From positions 186,001 to 250,000 of the IMG/VR virus record IMGVR_UViG_3300020122_000238: a stretch of 64,000 nucleotides of DNA. One strand, given 5' to 3'. Within the stretch, counting starts at the first letter, position 1; every line of letters begins with the position of its first letter. The notes under the pieces are model-generated. The model saw nothing but the letters and a program-made list of their open reading frames with translations. It was not told the DNA's origin and did not search any database. This document shows, piece after piece, positions 35,928-45,164 of the stretch. Made by a program: the position numbers and the translations under genes.

Positions 35928-37253
35928 ATGACGGCCACCCAAATGCACTTTCGGATCGATGGGGACGACTTCACTCGCATCGCCAGGGATTTCTTTCTGG
36001 AGGAGCGCCCTGATGCTGCGTGGCGCTTCATCACGGAAGGCCTGATGGGTGGTGAGCCAGGACAAGCCGAGCACTACGCCAAGCTCATCCTCAACGGAAA
36101 GACCAAGCTCATCGGCAACGAGACCGTGGGGCTGGAGCCGGTCGACGATGACGCGGCTGACTTTCAAAAGCAGGCCCGGTACATCTACGCCGGGCGCATC
36201 CGTAAAGAGGGCCGATGGTGGCGGCCGAGAGCCAAGGTCACGAACTTCGGCCCCGAGGATTGGCCGAAGGGAGCTGTGGCAGGTGATCAAGCCACCACGG
36301 CAGGCAAGGCGCATCTCCACGAGATCGGACGTCAGCGCGTCGCCCACTACGAGCTCAAGGACGAGCGCGTCTTCGATGTCGAAGGGGATTCCCTCATCTT
36401 CGAGCCGTGTGGAGAGCCACCGCATTGGTGGCCGGTTAACCGCACGACCGATGCCGCCCTCAAGGATTTCTTGGCCGCCGGGCGCAAGCTGGAGCTGGAT
36501 GGCTGGTCGCGTCGCTACCAGGTCCGTACCAAGAAGATCACCCCGCCGCCCCTCACGGACGACGAAAAGAGGGCCATTGCTGCCAAGCGGGCCAAGGAAG
36601 ACGAGGAAGATCGGAAGAAGATTGCAGCCTTCTCGATGAAGTGCACCATCATCGGGGCTCAGGTGGTGCTCCAAGCCGGCGAGGACACGTTCGACATGCC
36701 CTTGGAGGACGGGACGACGATCAAGGTCCCGCGGGCTCCGTTCGAAAACTGGGCCCTCCGGAACACGTCGCTGAGCCACCTCGCCCCGGCGTGGCAACCA
36801 ATATCCACGCCGGGGATGAAGATGCCGGGGGACGATGTCTTCCACACGGACTGGGTTCTCGGGGCCCAGCAGACGCTCAAGTCGGCCTATGAGGGCCCGG
36901 TCAAGGATGCCTCCTGGACTGCACGGTTCGATCTGCAACGGAAGCTGGGCAACTGGGAGTGTGGTGTCGTCGTCTCGGGGGAAGATGTGACGGGTGTGGT
37001 CGGCAAGGGCATCCTTGTGCTGTCCGACCTCGACCCCAAGAACCTCGAAGCCGTGATGAAGTCGAAAGCCGTCATCACGCAAGCGGGAGGGAGGCTCGCG
37101 CACCTGGCTCTGGTGGCCATGGAGCACTGCGTCCCGATCCTGCTTGTCCCCGACGCTCTGACCCGATACCCCAAGGGGGCGAAGTTGACCCTCTCGCCGA
37201 AAGACGGGAAGATCCACACGAGGGAGATCGGGGCCATCTACGACTGCGGTTGA
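35928..37253 (+). CDS. hypothetical protein with C-terminal PEP-utilising enzyme mobile (phospho-His swivel) domain
   Basis: KAVITQAGGRLAHLALVAMEHCVPIL matches the TxxGGxxxH..IVA.E..IP signature. Confidence 0.75.
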   Translation: MTATQMHFRIDGDDFTRIARDFFLEERPDAAWRFITEGLMGGEPGQAEHYAKLILNGKTKLIGNETVGLEPVDDDAADFQKQARYIYAGRIRKEGRWWRPRAKVTNFGPEDWPKGAVAGDQATTAGKAHLHEIGRQRVAHYELKDERVFDVEGDSLIFEPCGEPPHWWPVNRTTDAALKDFLAAGRKLELDGWSRRYQVRTKKITPPPLTDDEKRAIAAKRAKEDEEDRKKIAAFSMKCTIIGAQVVLQAGEDTFDMPLEDGTTIKVPRAPFENWALRNTSLSHLAPAWQPISTPGMKMPGDDVFHTDWVLGAQQTLKSAYEGPVKDASWTARFDLQRKLGNWECGVVVSGEDVTGVVGKGILVLSDLDPKNLEAVMKSKAVITQAGGRLAHLALVAMEHCVPILLVPDALTRYPKGAKLTLSPKDGKIHTREIGAIYDCG

Positions 37254-37275
37254 TCCCGGTCGCCCACTTGCTGTA
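37250..37275 (+). promoter_or_regulatory. class I motif TTGATC-N16-TGTA
   Basis: 8 nt upstream of ATG 37284; its TGA is the upstream stop. Confidence 0.75.
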
Positions 37276-37283
37276 GGTGAAAC

Positions 37284-37523
37284 ATGGACCGTCGAACCAA
37301 CTACGAAGATCGCACCATCCGTCGTCTGACCCGCATCATGTACCCCAAGTACGTGGAGGTCATGAAGAAGGGGGTGGCGCAGGGTGACATCTGGACCCTG
37401 AACGTCTCTGGGAAGAATGTCCTCGCCATCATCGGCGACGGAAACATCACCGTGATGGCGGATGGCGGGGGCTTCCGCCAGGTGGGCACCCCCAAGCGCA
37501 GCAAGTACACCCCCATCTTCTGA
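37284..37523 (+). CDS. hypothetical protein
   Basis: 79 aa after a class I motif. Confidence 0.7.
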   Translation: MDRRTNYEDRTIRRLTRIMYPKYVEVMKKGVAQGDIWTLNVSGKNVLAIIGDGNITVMADGGGFRQVGTPKRSKYTPIF

Positions 37524-37527
37524 CCCC

Positions 37528-37743
37528 ATGTCGACCCCTCAGCACCCTTCCCTGGAAGAACGCCTCAGTCTCTCTTGGGCCTCGTGGCTGCACTCGCATG
37601 AGGACGCAACACAGAAGTGCCCGGTGGTCCACTGCGAGCATAACCGCCCGCTTGGGACTATGCCGGGCTCCTCGTGTTGTTGCTCGTGGTGTCAAGGCCC
37701 GCCTTGGCCGATAAAAGAGCCGAATCCTAGTCCGAAGGTGTAA
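37528..37743 (+). CDS. Cys/His-rich small protein
   Basis: CPVVHCEH...CCCSWC; ends GTG TAA inside GGTGTA. Confidence 0.5.
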   Translation: MSTPQHPSLEERLSLSWASWLHSHEDATQKCPVVHCEHNRPLGTMPGSSCCCSWCQGPPWPIKEPNPSPKV

Positions 37744-37746
37744 TCT

Positions 37747-38211
37747 ATGGCGATGAACCCCGACGCCGTAGCCGTGTGGCAAGACTTGAAGACATGGGCG
37801 ATCCCTATCTTCGAGTGGTGCAAGGTGCATCCCTGGGGTGTTCTTACGTTCAACTTGTTCTTCGTCCTCGGGTGTTTCGACTCCTACCGCAGAGGGGCTC
37901 GCAAATACCGGCGTCTGGCAGAAGCTCAACAACTTCGAGACAGCAAACTGATCCGGGGCCTGGAGCAAAATGTGGAAAGTCGCATCCGGCGCCTGGACCA
38001 AGTGCAGCAAGCGCTTGCGGATCTTCGAGCGCAAGTCGCGTTGATTCGACCTGGGGGTGAGACAACGCCTGAACTCTTCCCCGAGATCCCGTCGCCACCC
38101 AAGAAGGCTCCGCGAAAGTCTCGGGCAAAGAAGGTCCCGCCGGAGCCGACCACATGGCACTCAAAGCTCCTCGACGACGGGGATGACATTGGGACGGCCG
38201 AGAAGAAGTAG
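37747..38211 (+). CDS. membrane-anchored coiled-coil protein with C-terminal tag
   Basis: TM near the N-terminus, coiled coil, TTWHSKLLDDGDD near the end. Confidence 0.7.
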   Translation: MAMNPDAVAVWQDLKTWAIPIFEWCKVHPWGVLTFNLFFVLGCFDSYRRGARKYRRLAEAQQLRDSKLIRGLEQNVESRIRRLDQVQQALADLRAQVALIRPGGETTPELFPEIPSPPKKAPRKSRAKKVPPEPTTWHSKLLDDGDDIGTAEKK

Positions 38212-38214
38212 ACG

Positions 38215-38958
38215 ATGCCTACCCCTGACGACGACATCCTCAAAGAGTACTGGGAAGACCTACAGGTTGGGCCGGTCCCGGACCCCACCCTCCCGAGCTT
38301 CTACGGGAAGCATCCTGGAGACCTGGTCATCGGGACATCCAAGGATCGGATCCTTGTTCGGATCCACCCCGACGGCACTCTGACCTATGGCCCGGACTAC
38401 ACGCCGGATGAAGCTGCGGTCGAGTTCTGGACGCAAATGTGCGTTCGTCGTATGGAGTCTGAAGAGCGGGTGATGCACCTCGGAGTCGTCGAGTCGATGC
38501 TCATTCGCATGGGGAACGCCGACCTCAACTACGAGGGCCGACAGAGGCAAGCTCAAGCCGAGGGCGCGACAGACCACGATCGCTTCCAAGCGGAGATGGC
38601 CCGACGCAACCTCGAAGCCATCGTTCACCAGACGATCGAATTCGGACGTGGCCTGGTCGCTCGTCCGGATGCTCCGGCTCCCATCGTGCCTGAACCTGCC
38701 CCCTCGGACGTGGACGGTCCTCCGGTCGATTACGAGCAGTATTCGTCCCCCATCGCGGATCCCCCTCCGACTCCGCGACCCTCGGCGAACCTTCAAGATG
38801 CGTGGAACATGATGAGCAACAGGCTCGAAGAGGCCGCAGCTCGTCGCCCCGTGGAGCACAGGCGAGCCCCTGGGTTTGGCAATGGCGTCGGGCCTTGTGT
38901 GTGTGGCGCTGCCTGGGATTTCAGGCAGCGTCGATGTTCGACCAGGAATTCTGGTTGA
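38215..38958 (+). CDS. hypothetical protein with N-terminal acidic-YW-Pro tag
   Basis: MPTPDDDILKEYWEDLQVGPVPDP. Confidence 0.75.
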   Translation: MPTPDDDILKEYWEDLQVGPVPDPTLPSFYGKHPGDLVIGTSKDRILVRIHPDGTLTYGPDYTPDEAAVEFWTQMCVRRMESEERVMHLGVVESMLIRMGNADLNYEGRQRQAQAEGATDHDRFQAEMARRNLEAIVHQTIEFGRGLVARPDAPAPIVPEPAPSDVDGPPVDYEQYSSPIADPPPTPRPSANLQDAWNMMSNRLEEAAARRPVEHRRAPGFGNGVGPCVCGAAWDFRQRRCSTRNSG

Positions 38959-38981
38959 GCGGATCAATCGAGTCGAAGATC

Positions 38982-39179
38982 ATGGAATTCGCGAGCATCG
39001 TCACTGAGTACCTCGAACTCGTTGGCTCGTATGCACTGGTCGACGAGTTCGAGGTAAGCCTAGTCACGGTCGAACGTTGGGCGACCGGCATTGCGACCCC
39101 ACACCCGAAGATCCAGGAGCTTGTCACGGCTTGGGTCCTCAAGCAGAAGCCGCTTGCAATTCTCGCTGTCTTGCTGTAG
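38982..39179 (+). CDS. small HTH-like protein
   Basis: LVDEFEVSLVTVERWATG...PHP resembles an XRE/Cro HTH. Confidence 0.5.
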   Translation: MEFASIVTEYLELVGSYALVDEFEVSLVTVERWATGIATPHPKIQELVTAWVLKQKPLAILAVLL

Positions 39180-39217
39180 GCTGGTTTCTCTGGATCGGTC
39201 GTGGTGAGTGGGCATGG

Positions 39218-39251
39218 AAGCCCGGGAAGTTTTGACTTCCCGGGCTTTTTT
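39218..39251 (+). terminator. intrinsic terminator
   Basis: 13-bp stem AAGCCCGGGAAGT/ACTTCCCGGGCTT, 4-nt loop, T tail; lies between convergent genes. Confidence 0.85.
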
Positions 39252-39994
39252 CATTGGCCAACGCCAGGCAGACGCACAAGTTTCAGGGCCCCGTTGTGGC
39301 TAACGAGAGGCGCCAGCTCGGGACTCCGGAACACGTCGAACAGGTGCATATCCTGACCGTCGACCGTGCAGCCCAACGAGACAAGGGTGACCGTCTGGCT
39401 GTAGTCCGTGTGCGCCATGTTGTGTCGCCACCCACAACCCTGAATGACGCGGACGAAGCGCCCCTTGGAGTCCTTCGAAAGAGAGACATTGGCTTCCCCT
39501 CGGATGCCCTTGTACCCCACGCCCTCGAAGTGCCAGCCGTAGTTCTCGACGAAGCCCGGGTGCGAGAGAATGGCGTTGTCGAGGACCCAGTGCTTGCCGA
39601 CGTTGCACACGAGGCCCTCAGGGTTCCCTTGCGCAGCGAGAGCCGTGTCAATCCGGCCGCTATGGGCGAGCATTGCAGCCGTTGAAGAATTGAACGGCTG
39701 AATCGAAGGCCCGAGAGTAACAACTTTCTGCGTCCAGATGAGATCCGCCAGCTTCGGGGTGAGTAGAGAACAGCCAAGAAGATCCGCGAGGTGCTGCTCC
39801 GTTTCGGCGGAAGCGTTGATCCGCACGCCCTCGATTTTGAGCGCATCCGAGAAGACCTGGAACTCGGCGTGGTGATCGCCATGGTCGGAGGTGACCGTGG
39901 ACCACAAGATAGGGTCAAAGGTCCCTTCTGCGACGAGTGCTCGGATTGCTTGTTCGCGAGCAGGGCCAGCGGACGGGGGAAGGTTCAGGCTCAT
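39251..39994 (-). CDS. hypothetical protein
   Basis: 247 aa with GC3 bias; ENYGWH and HNMAHTDYSQ conserved-looking motifs. Confidence 0.75.
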   Translation of the reverse strand: MSLNLPPSAGPAREQAIRALVAEGTFDPILWSTVTSDHGDHHAEFQVFSDALKIEGVRINASAETEQHLADLLGCSLLTPKLADLIWTQKVVTLGPSIQPFNSSTAAMLAHSGRIDTALAAQGNPEGLVCNVGKHWVLDNAILSHPGFVENYGWHFEGVGYKGIRGEANVSLSKDSKGRFVRVIQGCGWRHNMAHTDYSQTVTLVSLGCTVDGQDMHLFDVFRSPELAPLVSHNGALKLVRLPGVGQ

Positions 39995-40027
39995 ACTGAG
40001 GATCTTCCTAAAAAAACCCTATACACG

Positions 40028-41065
40028 ATGGCCATGATCGGACTCCGGGTGCCTCCCGAAACTGCTCAACTCCTGAAGCAGATCGACCTCAAGGGATTTG
40101 GGGTCCCCGAGCCTATGGATCAAGCGCACATCACGCTGCTCCATTTGGGGGATGATGTTCCGATTGAGTCTCTGACCGAGGCAATTCGGGTGTTGTACAC
40201 AGTGGCCTCGAAGACCAGACCATTTGCTGTGCAGACGAGCCGAGCGACAACCTTCCCGCCCCAAGATGGGAAGAAGACTCCCATGATTGCTCAGGTGGAC
40301 TCCAATGCCCTCCACGACTTCCACCGAGCCCTACAAGAAGCCTTCGAGGCTGCCGGGATCGACTTCTCGAAGAAGTGGCCCGAGTTCAAGCCTCATGTGA
40401 CTTTGGGGTATTCTAAAGACCCTTTGGTCGATGCAGACCACGTATTCGATGAGACTTTCCCTACGGTCGAGTGGGGCGCCCATGAAGCTGTGCTTTTTGG
40501 GGGTGACAAAGGAAAACAGACCATGATGGTAACAACCCCCTTCTCTCTGAGCCCCTTTCGCCAGGCTGTCCGACAGGCCATGTTCCGAGCTGCCAACCGG
40601 CCCTACGAACACGACCAGGAGGCTCAAAGCGAGAAGAAGGAGCTTCTTAAGAAGCTCGAATTGCTTTCCCAAGCAGCCTATGCTTCGGGAGACAACGCAA
40701 TGGCGTCCTTCGCAGAAAGTCTGGGGATGCAACTCGAACGAGCGGACACAGCCTGGAACTTCAGTCTCCCCCAAGAACGGAAACTCCGGGAAGGCCTACA
40801 ACAGTACCATCACCTGATGTCTCACCCGGCTGAGCTTGATCGACTGTTTGAAGAGAAGAACCGAGCCCCTCAAGTCAGCCCCGCGGAGCAGACGAGAAAC
40901 CTTCGGATCCGAATCAACCAGCTCCTCGATGCCGCGAAGCAAGATGGGGACAACTGGGTGATCAGTTTCGCAACCAATATCGGGAACATGGTGCGAAACA
41001 ACCGACAGCTATCTCCCGCTCAAAGCAACGCGCTGGAGAAAGCATTCAAGAAGTACCGTCTTTGA
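40028..41065 (+). CDS. 2H phosphoesterase (LigT/Acb1-like) with C-terminal extension
   Basis: two HxT motifs: AHITLLHLG and KPHVTLGY. Confidence 0.75.
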   Translation: MAMIGLRVPPETAQLLKQIDLKGFGVPEPMDQAHITLLHLGDDVPIESLTEAIRVLYTVASKTRPFAVQTSRATTFPPQDGKKTPMIAQVDSNALHDFHRALQEAFEAAGIDFSKKWPEFKPHVTLGYSKDPLVDADHVFDETFPTVEWGAHEAVLFGGDKGKQTMMVTTPFSLSPFRQAVRQAMFRAANRPYEHDQEAQSEKKELLKKLELLSQAAYASGDNAMASFAESLGMQLERADTAWNFSLPQERKLREGLQQYHHLMSHPAELDRLFEEKNRAPQVSPAEQTRNLRIRINQLLDAAKQDGDNWVISFATNIGNMVRNNRQLSPAQSNALEKAFKKYRL

Positions 41066-41435
41066 GATTCGAGCCCCAGTAAATGACGTCATTCTGAGAG
41101 TACGACCTCGCGTGCCCCATTTCTTCGAGCCACGCGAGACCGTGCCGTAGAAGGGCAGAGGAGACCCCCGACGTCTTCCGCCACGCTTCGAGTTGGGGCC
41201 ACGTCCGAGGCTCCGACAAGTACTTGGAGATGGGGGCAGTCCACCCCACCCAACAGGGGTCCGTGAGAGTTGGAGCCCGCACATCCGAGAGCCGATGGTC
41301 GAACTTGTTCCTGGGAACCCCAGGAACAAGTTCGGGTTTTTTGGTGCGGGAGGGTCTCTTCACAGACGGGACTTTTGCTGCGGGGGCCACGTTGGAAACA
41401 GGGAACCCCAAGTCGTCTTCTGTCTCTTGCCACAT
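41046..41435 (-). CDS. hypothetical protein
   Basis: 129 aa; GGTGTA (41445-41450) 9 nt upstream. Confidence 0.6.
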   Translation of the reverse strand: MWQETEDDLGFPVSNVAPAAKVPSVKRPSRTKKPELVPGVPRNKFDHRLSDVRAPTLTDPCWVGWTAPISKYLSEPRTWPQLEAWRKTSGVSSALLRHGLAWLEEMGHARSYSQNDVIYWGSNLKDGTS

Positions 41436-41498
41436 CCCCGTCCCTACACCGACATTTTTATCGTTGCAGGATTACCCAAAGAATCGTAGGAAATAGGT

Positions 41499-42308
41499 AT
41501 GGCCACCGTAATCGCCCAATGCAAGAGCTGTCATCAGATGATCTATTGGGAGGACCACATCGCCGGAGCGTGTTCCTGCCCTGAAGGCTCCTTGCGTCAG
41601 CTTCTCGCGCAGAAGCAACGTCGGCCGGCAACAATGGCTCGAACCGCGAGCCAAGCTCCAGTTCGTCAACAACTTCCGGACCTTACCCCCGAGATGCTCC
41701 TATCGAGCAGTGCCCTCCGAGAAATGCGAGCGGCCGAGGGCCACACGCATCGGATGCCTGCTCCTCGGCCTCCCCGAAATGAGGACAGGAACGCCTATCG
41801 GCGTGAGTATGCCGCCTCCTTCGACTCCGAGGATGAGCCCGCTGAAGACCCGGCGGCGTCCCTGGGGAGCCTGGAGGACATCTGGGGAGGGGCTGTGGCG
41901 AGGGATACCGGACGGCGAGGGAGCCTCGACATCGACTTCTCGACCGGGGAGCTGGATTACGAACCGCCTGTGCAGCAAGCACGGCCTTCGGGCATGGGAG
42001 CCGCCAGCCTTCCTCGCTTCAATGTCACCCGTCCTCCGGTGGATCAGACCGCGTTCCGCCGAGAGCTGGTCGGGGCCAACATGCGTGAGATCGGCCGGAC
42101 CCGAAACGGGCAGGTGATCTTCTCCGATCGGAGCACCCGCTCGGTTGATGAGCCCGCGCCTCGCCCCAGCTTCATCGAGCACACCTCCAGGACGGTGCCT
42201 GCCTCGCAAGCAAACGCCAGAACGGCCGCGATTCGAGCCGCGGAGCATGCGAAGCTCCCGACGGCGTTCGAGGTTCTACAGAGGCCCTTCCTCGAAGACG
42301 ACGACTGA
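41499..42308 (+). CDS. largely disordered protein with N-terminal Cys motif and variant C-terminal tag
   Basis: CKSCH..CSC; ends PTAFEVLQRPFLEDDD. Confidence 0.7.
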   Translation: MATVIAQCKSCHQMIYWEDHIAGACSCPEGSLRQLLAQKQRRPATMARTASQAPVRQQLPDLTPEMLLSSSALREMRAAEGHTHRMPAPRPPRNEDRNAYRREYAASFDSEDEPAEDPAASLGSLEDIWGGAVARDTGRRGSLDIDFSTGELDYEPPVQQARPSGMGAASLPRFNVTRPPVDQTAFRRELVGANMREIGRTRNGQVIFSDRSTRSVDEPAPRPSFIEHTSRTVPASQANARTAAIRAAEHAKLPTAFEVLQRPFLEDDD

Positions 42309-42349
42309 TTTGGGGTCGTCTTGGGAGTCCCTTGGTGTACTCTCAAGGA

Positions 42350-42740
42350 ATGGACCTCGAAGCATTCTCAAGCCCGCAATGAGGACGAGCGCCTGGAAAT
42401 GCAAGTCATCCTCGTGGGGCAAAAGGGGTCTGTCCCCGAGACGGTCAAAGACATCATTCAGGTTGTCCCGGACTTGTTCGAGATGACCATCGAACAAGTC
42501 CGTGATCATCTGGCTCATGTCCAGCCTCAGATCCCCACGTTCATCATCTTGCCCGAAGTGGCAGAGGAGCTGCTGGGGTTGAATCTGACGCAGATATACG
42601 CCTGTGTGACACAGGCGGTTCTGGACCTCAAGCTCACCCCGAACGAGCCCAACGAGCCCAACGAGCTGGTCCGTGGCGTCAGGGACATGTCCGCGGAGCT
42701 GGTCCGCCTGCATCGCAATCGTCTCTTCCCGGCCAAATAG
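42350..42740 (+). pseudogene. hypothetical gene with a probable early frameshift
   Basis: ATG 42350 lies 10 nt after GGTGTA but is out of frame with the main ORF; next in-frame ATG is 42399. Confidence 0.5.
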
Positions 42741-42777
42741 GCTCAGGACAGCCATGGGGCGGTGTAGTCCCGCCTCC

Positions 42778-43215
42778 ATGCTAGACATTTCTTCTCCCGA
42801 GTCCTTCATCAAGGGTCTCGAAGTCCTCAACACCCTCCGAGACCTCGTCGTCGACAATTCCACGAAGAAGGGCTTTCGAGCCCAGCTCATGTTGGGCTTG
42901 ACGGCAGCTCAGATCGCGGGCCCGATCGGCACCCTCATCCGAGCTGCCGTGATGACGATGAACGAAGTCGGCGAGCTGGCCGAGTTCTGGGAGTCGTTCC
43001 GGGATGGAACTCTCTTCTCGGAATGCGATAAGGCCGAGAAGATGCGCTTGATGGGGCTACCCGTTCTCACGAGTGCCGAAGAAGAAGTCGCGGACTCCTT
43101 CATTCGGAATCTCGATCGGGCAGAAGCCTTCAACGTTGATGTGGCGAAGGCGGTCGCCGTGAAGATGCTGATGAACGCAGGGCGCGCGCATCTTCACGGC
43201 GGAAAATTGGCATAG
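42778..43215 (+). CDS. hypothetical protein
   Basis: ATG 11 nt after GGTGTA (42761-42766). Confidence 0.7.
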   Translation: MLDISSPESFIKGLEVLNTLRDLVVDNSTKKGFRAQLMLGLTAAQIAGPIGTLIRAAVMTMNEVGELAEFWESFRDGTLFSECDKAEKMRLMGLPVLTSAEEEVADSFIRNLDRAEAFNVDVAKAVAVKMLMNAGRAHLHGGKLA

Positions 43216-43246
43216 TTGGAGGAAGTGCTTGTAAAGCGTCTCAGGT

Positions 43247-43865
43247 ATGACACTGAGCGACGAAGCACGACAACAAAAAATTAGAGCCAAAGCTGAAGGA
43301 CGAGCTTGGAGGGAAGCCAACCCCAAGCTCGTCCTTCAGGGTATCCGGCGGTGTGCCCGATGTGGTTATATCGGGCAGCAAGAAACAGATTTCATTGCTG
43401 ATGCTCGGTGTCAAGGGGGCTACCGAAATGTGCCGAAAGTGTATTCGGGAATCTTCAGTCAAGTATCGTGAGACAAATCACGACGAGCTTCGCGAACGAT
43501 TCAAGAAGTGGCACCAAGCGAACATGGAAACATACCGAGCTAGCAAAAGAGCGTCTAACAAGAAACATGCGGTAAAGATCGCAGTGCAGAAGCGATCCGC
43601 TCGTCTCAAGCGGAATTATGGCCTCACGCTTGAGGATTACGAACACATGCTAGCGGAACAGGGGGGTGCATGTGCGATCTGTCACGACACTCCAAACGGG
43701 CGTTGGACGAAATTGAATATCGACCATTGCCACATAACCGGAAAAGTCCGGGGCCTTCTTTGCGTCAACTGTAACCGGGCTCTGGGGTATCTCAAGGATG
43801 ACCCCTCTAGGGCGATCCGTTGTGCAGAGTATCTTCAAATTAGCAAAGAAGGGAAGCTTCCCTGA
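43247..43865 (+). pseudogene. endonuclease VII-type homing endonuclease split by a frameshift
   Basis: YGLTLEDY..ML.EQGG.CAIC...IDHCH.TGKVRGLLC.NCN.ALG; N-terminal CxxC...CxxC finger split across frames at a G5 run (~43415). Confidence 0.7.
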
Positions 43866-43942
43866 TGGACACTATTCCCCCGCGGATCCCGATCCCAAGC
43901 CGTACTAGTACGGCTTGGGATCGGGATCCGCGGGAAGCGGGC

Positions 43943-44503
43943 CTAGAAGCAGGTCCCCTCGCTGAACCATCCGCCGGCTTTGTTCTGGGCCGTGCAGATG
44001 CTTCCGTGCTTGCAGTAGCCGAGATCCGCCGGGTTACCCGAGCAGAGAAGCTTCCTCATCGGGTCATCCCACTTCCCCTGGAAGAGATTGTACCCGTTGG
44101 GAGAAGTATTCCCCGACCCGTCGCACCCAAGCACCGTGATGTACCCACCCTCAGGAGCCGGCACAGCACAGACGACAGGGACATGGGGCAAGCAGACTCC
44201 ATCGAGACAGACTCCGTCGGGGCACAGATCCCCATCTGTCGCACAGAACCCGCCCCCCGAAGACGAAGACGAAGACGAAGACGCCGAAACGGATGTTGAC
44301 GAGCTGGTCTCGCCCGTCCCTCCGGCCGTACCCATCTCACCCCCAGCTCCGCCGAGTCCAGGCATCCCCCCCATGCCGCCCATGCCGCCCGTACCCGAAG
44401 AGCCGGCGTTCGTTGCGGTCGTGCTGCCGCCAGATCCCGAAGGGTCAGGGGTGGAAGCACAGCCAGTCAAAACCAAGATTCCCAAGAGAACGATGTTCTT
44501 CAT
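43943..44503 (-). CDS. lipoprotein with Gly/Ser linker and Cys-rich domain (paralogue A)
   Basis: lipobox LTGC, GGMGGMGG linker, C..DGVC.DGVC; GGTGTA 10 nt upstream. Confidence 0.75.
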   Translation of the reverse strand: MKNIVLLGILVLTGCASTPDPSGSGGSTTATNAGSSGTGGMGGMGGMPGLGGAGGEMGTAGGTGETSSSTSVSASSSSSSSSGGGFCATDGDLCPDGVCLDGVCLPHVPVVCAVPAPEGGYITVLGCDGSGNTSPNGYNLFQGKWDDPMRKLLCSGNPADLGYCKHGSICTAQNKAGGWFSEGTCF

Positions 44504-44563
44504 GTTTTTGGGGTACACCGAAGCCAGGGTCTTACTTCCCTGGTTTCGATGTACGGGGGATCC

Positions 44564-45109
44564 TTAGTTCGTCGAGTTGGCGAGGTAACAGGTCCCGCGC
44601 ATCATGAAGAACGGCCCCCCATTGGGGTACACGACCGTCACCGCGCAGGAGTCGCCGTTGTCGCAGAACCCGATCTCCTCGACCTTGCCCGTGCAGAGCT
44701 GAAGAGCCGCCGCCCAGTCCTCGTTGGTGGGCACATCGGGCAGCGGACCATCCGTCTTGTAGATGGTGACCCCGTGCGGGGGAAAGCCGACTGCGTCGAT
44801 CCCATCCTTGCCGTCGCAGCCCTTCACGAAGAGGGAGGGCTTGGCCGGGTCCTTGTCCACGATCTGACAGGTGACCGGGATGCGCTCGACGCACTCACCC
44901 TGGAAGCAGATGCCCGTGGTGGGTCCGCCGCCTTCCAAGGGGCAGACGGTTCCGTTTTCCCCACAGAGGTTCGGTTTGCCGCCCGTACCGGAGCTGGATG
45001 AAGTCGTCGTCGTCGAGCTGGATGCGTCGGACCACGGAGCAGTATCGTCCGTGCCGCAGCCGCAGCCGAAGATGAAACCAGAGAAAATGATCAAAATGGT
45101 GTGCTTCAT
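44564..45109 (-). CDS. lipoprotein with Ser/Thr linker and Cys-rich domain (paralogue B)
   Basis: IFGC lipobox, SSSTTTTSSSSGTGG linker, Cys spacing shared with paralogue A. Confidence 0.75.
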   Translation of the reverse strand: MKHTILIIFSGFIFGCGCGTDDTAPWSDASSSTTTTSSSSGTGGKPNLCGENGTVCPLEGGGPTTGICFQGECVERIPVTCQIVDKDPAKPSLFVKGCDGKDGIDAVGFPPHGVTIYKTDGPLPDVPTNEDWAAALQLCTGKVEEIGFCDNGDSCAVTVVYPNGGPFFMMRGTCYLANSTN

Positions 45110-45117
45110 GTCGCCTC

Positions 45118-45143
45118 TATAGTCCGACCTGGATTCGGATCAA
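45118..45143 (-). promoter_or_regulatory. class I variant TTGATC-N16-TATA
   Basis: 8 nt upstream of ATG 45109. Confidence 0.65.
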
Positions 45144-45164
45144 CTGGTGTAAGTAAAAAAAGAT

